From a virus (Duplodnaviria > Caudoviricetes), in IMG/VR virus record IMGVR_UViG_3300017909_004107, positions 56,974 through 120,973 of that record: a stretch of DNA of 64,000 nt. One strand, written 5' to 3'. Within the stretch, counting starts at the first letter, position 1, and each line of letters starts with the position of its first letter. A program made the position numbers and the translations under genes. Under the pieces are notes generated by a model. That model saw only the letters and a program-made list of their open reading frames with translations, was not told the origin of the DNA and did no database searches. Of the stretch, positions 34,501 to 44,400 are shown in pieces.

Positions 34501-36705
34501 GTAGAGGCAGTGGCAAATCTTGAGGGTTCATCTGTTAATAATGTTAGAATCATAAATTCCGGTGGTAATTTGAAAAGCACAGATACTGAAGTCTTTGCTG
34601 TCAACAATACGAATGGTGTTGGTATTATAAGTGCAACATATTCCGATCCTACTGTTACTTTAAGATTACAAACACCTTCAGGTGGTTTTACAACAGCACT
34701 GCCTGTACCATTCACAATAGGTGATGAGATTTTTGTTGAAAATGTTGGTGTATCAACAGGACACGGTTACAATTCCTCTGATTTCCAGTACTCATATTTT
34801 GTTGTCAGTGGTGTTAATACAAATGCAGGTCTTGTAAATCAGGCAACTATTACATACATTGTAAACACAAATCCCGGAATTCATGATTTTCAAAATTTTG
34901 GTATGGTGACAAAGAAATCTGATATTGCACAATTCAACGCTATCTTAGAGGAAGGAACTTTCTTCTCAGGTGAAGAAGTTTATACTGACAATACAGCAAC
35001 AAACATCTCAAGGGGACAAGATAGTTCTACAAATATTATTCGAGTTGATTCTGTTGATGGACTCAATGTCGGAGATTTAGTATCAGGTAGAACTTCTAGA
35101 GCATCAGGTATTATAGAGAGCATCACTCCAAACACAGGTAGATTTAAGTTAGGGTCTACATTGAAAAAAGCGTACGGGTGGGAGAGAGATACTGGTAAAA
35201 CAAATGAGTTTTTTCAAAGAATACAAGATAATGATTATTATCAAAATTTTTCTTACTCTCTCAAGTCTCTTGTAGGTATATCAAGTTGGAGTGAGCCAGT
35301 TGAATCATTGGCACATCCTGCAGGATTCAAAAAACATTCTGATCTTTTAGTGCCTTCAGTAGGGTCTGTTGGTTTTGGATCTACAGTTGCAGCAAAAGAG
35401 CAAGTTATTTCTTCCATTGTTCTTATTGATAATAAAGCAGATATTAATTGTAAGCATGACTTTGATTTAGTCAGAGAAATTACTGACGCTACTCAAACTA
35501 AAAGTGATAAGGTTGTATTTCAGTCTAATAAGTTTGGTAATGCTCTTGTTTGTAAGTCAAACAGAGTTTTGGAGATAGATGATATTAGTCCTCAATTCTA
35601 TACAGATCCAAATTTATTAAGATCAGCACAAATTGATGCTTGGTCTGCTGCTGAAATTTCAGCAGTGAAATACTATGCTCAAGTAGTTCTTGACGCCACT
35701 GCGGGTGTCTTGGTAAATGAAACACAATATTCAGAGTTTGTTGTATCACATAATGGTGATGTGGCAATAATCAATCAATATTCAGATTTATCAGATTCCT
35801 TTGATCTGGGTGATTTCACTGCAGATATGGCAAATGGTCAGGTTTCAGTATCGTTCAGTCCTTATAATAGCACCTTTGTTTATGATATAACAGTGTATCG
35901 TGAGATCTTGAATCAGGGAGTGGGTGTTGGAACTACGTCCTACGGTGGTATAAAGAAGGTCGGTGTTTCATCTTTTGTCGCATCTTCAGGTTCTCCATCT
36001 GAACAGATAATTCAATCAATTGATGCTAATGCATTCAAGTCTGGAACTGTCCTTGTCGCTGCAACTGGAAATACAAAAGAAAAAGAATTTCTAGAAGCGA
36101 GTTTTGTTGGAATAGGATCTACAGTTCAATTCATTGAATATGGCAAGATGAAAGAGGATATGGATTTAGGCACATTCAATGTGGGTATGACCACTACAAA
36201 TAATATACAACTCAAGTTCACACCTGCTGCAGGTATAGGTGTGACGATTGCAACACTAGCAACTCTTGTAGGTGTGGGCACTACAGTGTCGGATGGTATT
36301 CCGGGTGGTTCTTATGAGGTGGGAGATGCATATCTACAATCGAATAGAACTGAGATATCAGCATCTGGAACTCCTGCTGCTACTAATGTATCCTCTTTAT
36401 CATATAGTAATTACACCAGTGTTAAATATTATGTGGAAGTTGAAAACGTTACTAATAACGAATATTCAACATTTCATGTCGCTACTAATGCATATGAGGG
36501 TGATTCTAATTATATCAAGTATGGAAATGTCTCTACTGCTCTAACTGCTAAACGAGATATTCAAAATACAGATATTATTGTTTCTGGTTTCAATGTAATT
36601 TTACAATTTACTCCTATGGAAAATAGAGATTATATTGTAAGAGTATCTGAGATAAGAATCGACAAACCTGATGATGTTAATAACGATACTACAATAGAAT
36701 ACTAA
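28540..36705 (+). CDS. gp7: baseplate wedge initiator gp7-like (2721 aa, with YHYH-type insert)
   Basis: Lies between gp6 and gp8; KDFYTTKGT, IQDNDYYQNFSY, HPAGFK. Confidence 0.78.
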   Translation: MIETSLSRVKIHEVIESQIPEAIDSDNPLLGTFLKQYYISQEFQGGPVDIAENLNDYRSVDFLNKDNLTGFTSTSQFIKKFDKTIYVDSTIGWPSKYGLLKIDDEIITYTGIGSTSFTGCVRGFSGIENSEKTNSPEYLTFSETGISTHAENAQVKNLSNIFLQKFYKKVKTQISPGFEDRSFTGDLDISNFLRQSKDFYTTKGTEEAYKILFGTLYKEKVELVKPQEFLFKPSDAEYSVNDVLICEKVSGDPESIVNEGIIQGDASASVYEVENIFLDGKTYYKIRLSSDTIIGSFKPITRTHITAYVAAGSSVVSVDSTVGFAKSSSFNVGRQKFTYTDKTINEFLNVSGIGTISVGATVDAGDDAIAFMRIPVRLKILNSITGFTGTGILQQKGSEYNIKTLGIKKKDIRYSQWLENIATKHTVKDFKTISAGNFELVLTAKHYYKKGQPISVIDIDGQNQDGVITGILNDQVVYISAPSLLAGNQYYIQAKLYKQNNNVANIQNTYAQGDTVVVASNSLPHYLIDVQKRIRNFSTSGISTRSQVITIPDHNLQNGDIVLYNPSVSGSPVAGLSTGQSYYVTNLTSSTISLSLSAENARRSQYITVFDTSDIGTNTNHNLTPFEVGFGTIGAQKILRKFAEPEYGSSKDKTETGKGVGLFVNGVEAYSYKSSDKIYYGSLETVDVLNTGSDYDVINPPRISIQQNGHTGVGASVIAHVSGKLREIQVTSRGLDYETTPDVKITGGNGQATAEAKMRLAPHEVFFDSTSVGGILNTSTDKFTFTEPHGFKHGEEIIYGTDGSTTIGIGTTPGNLINKSSYFVNKNDDFTISLTKTRNEALAGIATLPITTNGGGLHKFETKESRLKVDNIEIISSTDFQNRENTVDSVGINTFKDLITIPNHRYSSGELIRYGGGTVTDISGLTSGKDYYVVKIDDNNFRVSISTSLVDYVKMSLPGTGKHTFNYPPLSVTIDGRQGISTSNATASAVIRGEVDGIHIKAKGDNFGSLFINDNYKPDAIVVEGSKSAFDPVIVNGRIDSVSIKSGGKDYFSAPDIIVNGDGVGAKLIARVANGKIVGVDVITKGAGYTVNGTTITAKTPGSGVIISPNLKTWTINNVQRYANYGDVKDDDGFYGELKVAENGYPYVNYYASRKLRDYLDDNGTDHSPILGWAYDGHPIYGPYATQNFDGSGPLKYMQSSYVKISGISRSDGPALTDYPAGFFIEDYEYQEGYGDLDEHNGRFAVTPEYPNGVYAYYITVSNNLVTNPLSPFTNRREPIFPYIVGDTYNSKLLQYNNQFTSTQDSFPEDLLRNTEKYNLEEYSGVAASAKKKVSIAKIKNTQKGSVDSVKIVEGGTNYNVGDKLTFDNSNTDGFGAFGKVTELVGVAATVVTSTVKINKRIELFAKGKTVTGIVTTGIHDYVTGIPIQISGISSTAFSGLEGTFPIKVNFVRSGLGTSLLASGLTTTIPLRDDIDIFDNNDLVQVDEEQMRVISHDRLNQKITLLRAQNGTTGAAHTDRAEIYRRENKFTYEIDRPIVTATPINESLFFDATKNIGAGLTSGVGIGSTVSFIGAGNISTTTFIPIKSIRLPGHPFKHGDPLTYTPNNGTNLLYSFDGTNTHFLPNSGLFVQKINNDLIGIVTNAYQIDNKHDRVFLTGNTGVGNSHSFRTNRNVATADATTFEVTVSTATTHHLDSFDEIDMKIVSAGSSTLNINYDPGTKFISIGSSNNPPIESTVGEKLIFDTSDSDLLGTKLDFFLDQKFTKTFVGSGKSTVERTDNLIPGITSARTTLHLTENVPDVLYYKFSSVSNKIVNIDEDTTDYGKIIVNPSKFTGKHSLTTSTGGTFTFLVGGLPERVGYTSESSITYTTNSTNARGPISRVILEEGGLNYKDLPKISVASTTGKSAVILAETETAGKLLTTEILEFGYDYPSDSTLSPEASVPNIITLKDNFSLKSIGITSTGSKYLTAPDIIIYNREDDVVNTTVEAVANLEGSSVNNVRIINSGGNLKSTDTEVFAVNNTNGVGIISATYSDPTVTLRLQTPSGGFTTALPVPFTIGDEIFVENVGVSTGHGYNSSDFQYSYFVVSGVNTNAGLVNQATITYIVNTNPGIHDFQNFGMVTKKSDIAQFNAILEEGTFFSGEEVYTDNTATNISRGQDSSTNIIRVDSVDGLNVGDLVSGRTSRASGIIESITPNTGRFKLGSTLKKAYGWERDTGKTNEFFQRIQDNDYYQNFSYSLKSLVGISSWSEPVESLAHPAGFKKHSDLLVPSVGSVGFGSTVAAKEQVISSIVLIDNKADINCKHDFDLVREITDATQTKSDKVVFQSNKFGNALVCKSNRVLEIDDISPQFYTDPNLLRSAQIDAWSAAEISAVKYYAQVVLDATAGVLVNETQYSEFVVSHNGDVAIINQYSDLSDSFDLGDFTADMANGQVSVSFSPYNSTFVYDITVYREILNQGVGVGTTSYGGIKKVGVSSFVASSGSPSEQIIQSIDANAFKSGTVLVAATGNTKEKEFLEASFVGIGSTVQFIEYGKMKEDMDLGTFNVGMTTTNNIQLKFTPAAGIGVTIATLATLVGVGTTVSDGIPGGSYEVGDAYLQSNRTEISASGTPAATNVSSLSYSNYTSVKYYVEVENVTNNEYSTFHVATNAYEGDSNYIKYGNVSTALTAKRDIQNTDIIVSGFNVILQFTPMENRDYIVRVSEIRIDKPDDVNNDTTIEY

Positions 36706-39700
36706 TGTTTAAGATAGGATCAGTAAATAAAAAATTTAATAAAGAAACTGAAACCTTTAGGTATTCATTTCATCTAACTCATAAGGGAGATCCTATTTTC
36801 CTAAAATCTTTTGATGGGGCGGACCCAGAAAAGGTTTTGTTAGGTTCAGATTCAATAGTATTAAAAAATCATTTCTTCACCACAGGTGAGGAGTTAGAAT
36901 ATTTTGCAGATGGTTCATCAATAGGTATAGATCACACAAGTAGTGGTGTTGGTGCTGCCACTACATTACCGACTAAGGTTTATGCTATAAAGGTCGATGA
37001 AAATAAAATAAAACTTGCAGCGACACCTGCTTTAGCAGCAGCAGGAACACACATCGGATTAACAACCGTTGGCGTTGGAGCAAGTCATGCATTTATTGCA
37101 ACGAAACAGAATAGTAAAGTTATTGTAGCATTAGATAATATAATTCAGTCTCCACTTTACGAAAAGGTTGGTGCTGCCACCACAACAGTATCGATTCTAA
37201 ACAGAGTTGTGTCATTATATGATGCAAGTATATTTAAACCATATGATCTTATAAAGATTGATAATGAGATCATGAGAATTCAAGTTGTTGGATATAATGG
37301 AAATACAAATGATGTATTTGTTGACAGAGAATGGATGGGAACACAACTATCAGGACATACTAATGGATCTGATGTTCAATTAGTAAAAGGTGACTATAAC
37401 ATTATTAAGGATAAAATAACTTTTGCTGATGTTCCTTTTGGTGGTATAAAGGAAACTGTTGGTGTGAGTTCAAATCAATTTAATCTAGTAACAAATAGTT
37501 TTACAGCACTATCAGATTTCTTAATCACTGGATCGGAAGTAAGATTAAGAAGTTTCAATCCTCCTGCACCATTAGTAGGAAATGATAATTACTTTATAAT
37601 AAAAAATGGTAATAATAACTTTTCTCTTGCAGCAAATAAAGGTGATGCTCTTGTAGGAACTGCCATAACCTTTACATCTGCAGGGGTGGGAACTCACAAC
37701 TTTTTATTTGTAGACACTTCAAATGGAAGTTCATTTCAAGGTAGATCATTTATGCGATCTGACTACACTGGTAATGTGATTATGGACGATGTTTCTGGAG
37801 GTTTTACTGGTATAGCAAAGACTTTTACTATTACAAGTTCAGGAGTCAATACAACAGGTATTACAAGTGATTTTGGTGCTATACTGGTAAATAATATTTT
37901 TCAAAAACCAGAAATAGATTATGACTTTATAGGTGGTTCTGCAACAGGTATTACATCAATAAGATTTACAGGTAATGATACAGATACTATAAATCTAAGT
38001 GATGTAAATGCGAATCAATTACCTAGAAAAGGTCTTATAGTTTCAATAGCAAATTCGGAGGGATATGGATATCAACAACGACAAGTGGGAACAGGAACCG
38101 CAGTGGTTACGGGATTTGGTACGATTACAGTTGCAATTGGATTCAGTGGATCCGGATACAGAAATCCTCCTACAACTTATAGAATTTTGGTCGATGGCGG
38201 AAATCCTACGGTTGGGAGTGCTGGCACATTTACAGTCGAAGGGGGACATATAAAGGATGTGTTTATGAGTCCTGTTGGAACAGGATACACACATACGAAT
38301 GTACCTAGAATTACTTTTGACAGTCCAGTTGGATATGATGATTTACAACTCATCAGTTCTTCCACAGGTATTGGTGCCTCTGTAACTGTAGATGTGGGAG
38401 TAGGTCTAAGTATAACTTCAGTAAATCTGAATAATATAGGTTATGGTTTTACAATTGGTGAACAACTTAGAATTGCAGGAATACCCACAGTAGCAAGTAT
38501 TGGATCTACATTTCAAAACGCTGTATTTACAGTGACTGAAACGAGAGATGATGAATTTGCAGGATGGGTATTTGGTAAATTACAAGTTTTGGATGATTTT
38601 TCCAATGAATTTGATGGTCGTAAGAAAGTCTTTACAATGACTGAGAACAAACAACCATTGAGTGTCGAGAAAGATGCAGGTTCACTTATAGATTTAGAGA
38701 ATAACTTACTAATATTCTTAAATGATATTATACAAGAACCTAATGTTGCATATGTGTTTAGTGGTGGAACTCAAATTGAATTTACTGAACCCCCTGTAGA
38801 GGGAACATCTTTACAAATTCTTTTGTATAGAGGAACTGACTCTGATGTTGCTATAGAAGGAGCATTACAAACAATCAAGACTGGTGACAGTATAACAATA
38901 AGAAAGAGTAATGGTGAAATCACCCCTGTTACACAAAATGAGAGAATTGTTGCTGCAATTACATCAAGAGATACATTGAGAACTAACATATATTCTCAAC
39001 AAGGAATATCAAATCAGATCTCACCACTAAGACCTGTGATTTGGTGTAAGCAACAGGATGATCTATTTGTTGATGGTGCTGCTGTGAGTAAATCAAGAGA
39101 TCTTTATGATGCGAGAGTGAAACCTGCAGCAAGAATAATAAAAAATATCAGCACAAGTGATAACACATTCTATACTGGTGGTGGGGCTGTTATATTCAGT
39201 ACAGCAGAAGAACCTAACACATCAACATTTGATATTCAAATTATAGATGCTGATAAAAATAATACTGGGTTTGGAACCACCACATTTGCAAACCCAGTTG
39301 AAACGGTAACAGATGTGTCTGTCTCTGGAGATCATGGTGTTATAACTGGTATCGGAACAACTGCACAAGGAATACAGTTTAATATTCACATACCATTATC
39401 ATCACCAATTAGAGATAATGATTTGGGTGGTTTGACCAAGACAGGAATCTCTACTGGAGATTTCTTCTTAGTAAGTAGATCGAATGTGGGAGGTGGAGTG
39501 ACTGCATTATCACAAGATAGAACGGTTGCAATTTCGTCATGCTCTGACCTTATAGATACTGTGTACCAAGTATCACATATAGAAGATATCGCTCCTATAG
39601 GTTCTGCATCTTCTGTTAGAGTTCATGTAAATGTAGAGACCGGTCATGGTCTTAACTTCACAGGACTAGGTTCAGGGATTGGAAACTATTACGGTGACTA

Positions 39701-39833
39701 TAGTTGGGCAAAATTCAGTTCATCTAGAACCACTGGAATAGCATTCACTTGCAATACCTCAGATGGACTCACAGGTCTGTCTACTGCACCAACAATAGTT
39801 CGTACAACGAAACTATCATTAGATTATACCTAA
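36705..39833 (+). CDS. virion structural protein (baseplate-associated)
   Basis: 1042 aa, G/T/S-rich; shares modules with the gp7-like ORF. Confidence 0.75.
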   Translation: MFKIGSVNKKFNKETETFRYSFHLTHKGDPIFLKSFDGADPEKVLLGSDSIVLKNHFFTTGEELEYFADGSSIGIDHTSSGVGAATTLPTKVYAIKVDENKIKLAATPALAAAGTHIGLTTVGVGASHAFIATKQNSKVIVALDNIIQSPLYEKVGAATTTVSILNRVVSLYDASIFKPYDLIKIDNEIMRIQVVGYNGNTNDVFVDREWMGTQLSGHTNGSDVQLVKGDYNIIKDKITFADVPFGGIKETVGVSSNQFNLVTNSFTALSDFLITGSEVRLRSFNPPAPLVGNDNYFIIKNGNNNFSLAANKGDALVGTAITFTSAGVGTHNFLFVDTSNGSSFQGRSFMRSDYTGNVIMDDVSGGFTGIAKTFTITSSGVNTTGITSDFGAILVNNIFQKPEIDYDFIGGSATGITSIRFTGNDTDTINLSDVNANQLPRKGLIVSIANSEGYGYQQRQVGTGTAVVTGFGTITVAIGFSGSGYRNPPTTYRILVDGGNPTVGSAGTFTVEGGHIKDVFMSPVGTGYTHTNVPRITFDSPVGYDDLQLISSSTGIGASVTVDVGVGLSITSVNLNNIGYGFTIGEQLRIAGIPTVASIGSTFQNAVFTVTETRDDEFAGWVFGKLQVLDDFSNEFDGRKKVFTMTENKQPLSVEKDAGSLIDLENNLLIFLNDIIQEPNVAYVFSGGTQIEFTEPPVEGTSLQILLYRGTDSDVAIEGALQTIKTGDSITIRKSNGEITPVTQNERIVAAITSRDTLRTNIYSQQGISNQISPLRPVIWCKQQDDLFVDGAAVSKSRDLYDARVKPAARIIKNISTSDNTFYTGGGAVIFSTAEEPNTSTFDIQIIDADKNNTGFGTTTFANPVETVTDVSVSGDHGVITGIGTTAQGIQFNIHIPLSSPIRDNDLGGLTKTGISTGDFFLVSRSNVGGGVTALSQDRTVAISSCSDLIDTVYQVSHIEDIAPIGSASSVRVHVNVETGHGLNFTGLGSGIGNYYGDYSWAKFSSSRTTGIAFTCNTSDGLTGLSTAPTIVRTTKLSLDYT

Positions 39834-39859
39834 ATAACACTATCAAATTGTAGAGAAGA

Positions 39860-41398
39860 ATGCCTGCGATCATTACAGATCAAATAAGAGTATTAAATGC
39901 GGAGAATTTTGTCAACGGAATTTCAACGACGACAAATAGTTACTACGTGTTTATTGGGTTGCCGAACGCTACGGAAATTAATTCAGATTGGAATACCAAT
40001 ACTCCGGCACCTATTGATAACTTTGACGATCACGATAATATATACGATACACTTATATCTGCTAAGAAAATAAATTCTAGCGATGTTCTTCAAGTTATAA
40101 GAAAAATTACTTGGACTACCGGAACGATATATGAGATGTATCGTCATGATTATGACATCAATAATACCACACCACAAACTAATTCATCAAATTTATATAA
40201 TTCAAATTTTTATGTGATGAACTCTGACTTCAGGGTTTATGAGTGTATATTCAATGGAGCAAACCCAACAAATAGTGGAAAGGGTATTGCATCTCTTGAA
40301 GAACCAACACATACTGATTTGCAACCAAGATTAGAGTCTGATGGATATCTTTGGAAATATCTTTATACTGTAAAACCAAGCGATATTGTAAAATTTGATA
40401 GTGTGGACTATATTCCAGTTCCACAAGATTGGTTGAATAGTTCTGATACTCTTGATGTGAGAAATGCTGCTGTAGACGGTAAAATAGAAACAGTGGTTAT
40501 TGAGGATACGACCTCTGCTGCTTATCAATTCAGTGGTACAAAAAATAATGTACCTATCAGGGGAGATGGTCAAGACGGACTAGCATCTGTAACATTTGTC
40601 AATGGTAAACCCACCTCTGTTCAGGTCACTAATGGTGGTTCAGGATACACCTTTGCAACATTAGATCTAGATTCAGTTGTTACAGGATCAGGTGCAGTTT
40701 TTTCAGTTATAATACCACCACCAAAAGGACATGGTGCAAACATATATACAGAACTTGGAGCAAACAAAGTTCTTGTCTACTCTAGAATAGAAAACAGTGA
40801 TACAACAAATCCTGATTTTCCGGTAGGTAATCAGTTTGCTCGTATCGGAATTTTGAAAAATCCAAACATAAACGGAACAACTAATTTACTCACAGCATCC
40901 AGTGCAAGTGGTGTATATGGTTTACGTCTTGCAGGAGCAGCATCAAGCACTATGAGTGTATCTGTTGATGGACAAATTACACAAACAATAGGTATAGGAT
41001 CAACTGCAGTTGGAAAAATTATATCCTATGATCCAGTAACCAAATTTCTGAGATATTGGCAAGATAGATCTCTCGCTACGAATAGTTCTACAGGTGCAAA
41101 TCCCACCTATGGTTATCGTCTAAATAGGTTCACGAGCACTCCTGCAACGGGCGGTTCTATCAATGTTGTTGTAACAACAACCACAGGAACACAGACTGTA
41201 GGGATTGAGACCACATTCACAGGTGTATCTACATCAGTGAATTCAAAAACATATTATTTCGGACAATCCATTAATAGCGGTATTGCTTCCCCTGAGATAG
41301 AAAAATACTCTGGAGACATTATTTACATTGATAATCGTCCAGAGGTGACAAGAGCACCAAATCAAAGAGAAGATATTAAAATCGTCTTAGAATTCTAA
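39860..41398 (+). CDS. gp8: baseplate wedge subunit gp8
   Basis: YVFIG, DGYLWKYLY, YSGDIIYIDNR...EDIKIVLEF. Confidence 0.9.
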   Translation: MPAIITDQIRVLNAENFVNGISTTTNSYYVFIGLPNATEINSDWNTNTPAPIDNFDDHDNIYDTLISAKKINSSDVLQVIRKITWTTGTIYEMYRHDYDINNTTPQTNSSNLYNSNFYVMNSDFRVYECIFNGANPTNSGKGIASLEEPTHTDLQPRLESDGYLWKYLYTVKPSDIVKFDSVDYIPVPQDWLNSSDTLDVRNAAVDGKIETVVIEDTTSAAYQFSGTKNNVPIRGDGQDGLASVTFVNGKPTSVQVTNGGSGYTFATLDLDSVVTGSGAVFSVIIPPPKGHGANIYTELGANKVLVYSRIENSDTTNPDFPVGNQFARIGILKNPNINGTTNLLTASSASGVYGLRLAGAASSTMSVSVDGQITQTIGIGSTAVGKIISYDPVTKFLRYWQDRSLATNSSTGANPTYGYRLNRFTSTPATGGSINVVVTTTTGTQTVGIETTFTGVSTSVNSKTYYFGQSINSGIASPEIEKYSGDIIYIDNRPEVTRAPNQREDIKIVLEF

Positions 41399-41400
41399 AG

Positions 41401-44400
41401 ATGCCACAGAACACCAACTTAAACGTCAATCCATATTTTGATGATTTCGATAAGAATAAGAATTTTAATAAAGTCTTATTCAAACCCGGAACTCCTGTTC
41501 AAGCAAGGGAACTAACAACTTTACAATCTATCTTACAAGATCAGATTGAAAAATTTGGACAACATATGTTCAAAGAAGGATCAGTTGTGATACCCGGATC
41601 TGTTGCTTATGATAATTCATATTATGCTGTAAAATTAGAGTCTACATTTTTTGGTGTTCCAGTAGAGTCATATTTTGATAAATTAGTTGGATTAGAAATA
41701 AAAGGTAAATCATCAGGTGTGACTGCTGTAGTCAAAAGTGTTCTAAAAGCATCAAAGTCTACTCAAAATACTACAACATTATATGTAAAGTATAGAGCAT
41801 CAAACGCTAATGACAAGACAACGCAAACATTCCAAGACGGAGAAAACCTTGTTACTTTATCTGATTTTACTTTTGGTAGCACTACTATTACTACAGGATC
41901 GGATTTTGCAACTTGTATACTAAAAAATGCCACAGCGACAGGATCTGCATTCACTGTTGTTGAGGGTGTATTTTTTGCTCGCGGTGCTTTTGTACAGGTA
42001 AATACAGAAACTATAGTATTAGATCAGTATAGTAATAATCCATCTTATAGAGTTGGATTTCAAGTTATTGAAGAGATTATAACTGCGGTGGAAGATGATT
42101 CATTATATGATAATGCTGCAGGATTTAGTAATTATACAGCCCCCGGTGCTGACAGACTTAAGATTAGTCTAAGATTAACCAAGAAAGCGTTAGATAACTT
42201 TCAAGATGAAAACTTTATTGAACTCTTCAGAACTAATAAAGGTGATATTAAGAAAATTGAAGTAAGAACTATATATAATGAAATAGCAAAAGAACTTGCT
42301 AGAAGGACATTCGATGAGAGTGGAGATTATTTTGTTACACCATTTTCCTTTGAACCTAAAGAAAGTCTAAATGATAGACATTCTCAATTTGGAGTATTTT
42401 TCCCAGAAGAAACCACTGATGATAATAATACACCATCTAAAGAAATTGTAAGTATTAAAGTTGGACCCGGTAAAGCGTATGTTAAGGGTTATGAAACAGA
42501 AACTTATGGATCAGTATTTGTTGATTCTAAGAAACCAAGAGAAACAGAATTAGTAGAATCTTCTACAGTTCCTTTTCAAGCAGGAAATCTTATAAGACTC
42601 AACAATGTATATGGTGGTGCGAGTGTCGGTATAGCAACAACAGGATATGTTGATCTAAGAAATGACAGATTATCTACTGATAGAGATGAACCTGCAGGTC
42701 AATCAATTGGTAGAGCAAGAGTATATGATTTCAAACTTTCTGCAGGTGGATACTCAAATGCTGCATCTAGTTTTGATTTATTCTTATTTGATATTCAAAC
42801 AGACACAGAGATCACCTTAAATAATACATTATCATTATCAGCACCTGCATTAGTCGAGGGTAAAAGATCTGGTGCTAGAGGATTTTTAAGATCTCAGACA
42901 GGAAATATCTTAACCTTACATCAAACTGCAGGTCAATTTATTCAAGATGAAGCGATTACTGTAGATGGAATCGATAATGGAAGAATTATCACAAAGGTCA
43001 CAGAATTTGGTGTAAATGATATTCATTCTATTAGACAAGAAGTTGGTGTTCAAACATTCAGTGGTGACACAATTTTAGAACCTAGAATTGTATTTGGTGG
43101 ACAGTCATTTAACATTTCTGCTGCTGCAGGAAGTAAATCAACTGTATCATCATCTTCAAACTCATGGACAGTTGGAATACAAACAGGTGATATTATTCAA
43201 TATAATCGATCTGGAGTTACAGGAACTGTACTTAATAGAGTCAAAACTGTATCTCCATTGGGTACAAGTATTGAAGTAGAAGCAGTTGCAAATGTATCTA
43301 ATGTATGCACAGGTTCTATTCCTTCAAGTGCAATTAATGTATCAGGTTTGAGTGTTGTATCTCCAATCATAAGAAGTTCGCAGAGTGGATTTTTATTTGC
43401 AGAGATGCCTGATAGAAATATAGAGTCTGTTGATCTTACACGTTCGGATATATTTGTAAGAGATGAACTTAGAGGAAGAACAATAAATTCATTAGGGACA
43501 TTAGATTTACCTACTCTAAGTGGTACAGATTTTGTATATGCACCATTTGATGAAGAGAGATATACATTATTATATGAAGATGGAACTATCGAACCTCTTA
43601 CAACAGATCAATTCGTAATAACTGGTGGTGGAAAAGGTGCAACTTTGAGTGGATTATCTGCAAGCAAGAATAATGTGGTTGTTCATGTAACTAAACAGAA
43701 AGTGAAGGTTGTAGCAAAAGATAAAGATCTACGACGTTGTGAATCTATTGTTGTAAGTGGATCAAAGTACTCTTATTCGGGTGTATCAACTTCTATAGGT
43801 GACGGACTGACTTACAATATTGCGTATGGAAAGAGAGTTCAAGACAGAGAAATATCTTTAGACACTGCTGACGTAGTAAGAGTTCGTGCTGTGTTTGAAT
43901 CCTCAACTAACGCTGATCCAACAATACCATCTCTTACATTTACAGGTTTGGATGGACCTAATGCTAACAATTCAGATCTTATCAAGGGCGAATCTGTAAT
44001 AGGAAAAGTCTCAGGTGCATCTGCATTGATTCTAGGCACCACTGGCACACAATCTGCATTTACTAAAAGTAGTAATGAAGGAAACTTTATAGAGGGAGAG
44101 GAGATTTACTTCACTGAGAGTGGAGTTGGTGGTAAAGTTAGTTCTGCAACGTTAGGTGATAAGGAAATAAGTGCAAATTTCATATTAGATAATGGTCAGA
44201 GAGCAGAATTCTATGACTTTGGTAGATTGATAAGAAGACAGAATGCTCCTGAACCATCAGGTAGAATCAAAGTTTTTTTTGATAAATTTGTCATAAATTC
44301 TGAAGATAGTGGGGAACTGATAACAGCAAGTAGTTATAATTCAGATTTTTATGATATTGTTCCAAGTTTTAGAGGAAGAAGAAACACTGATGTTGTTGAT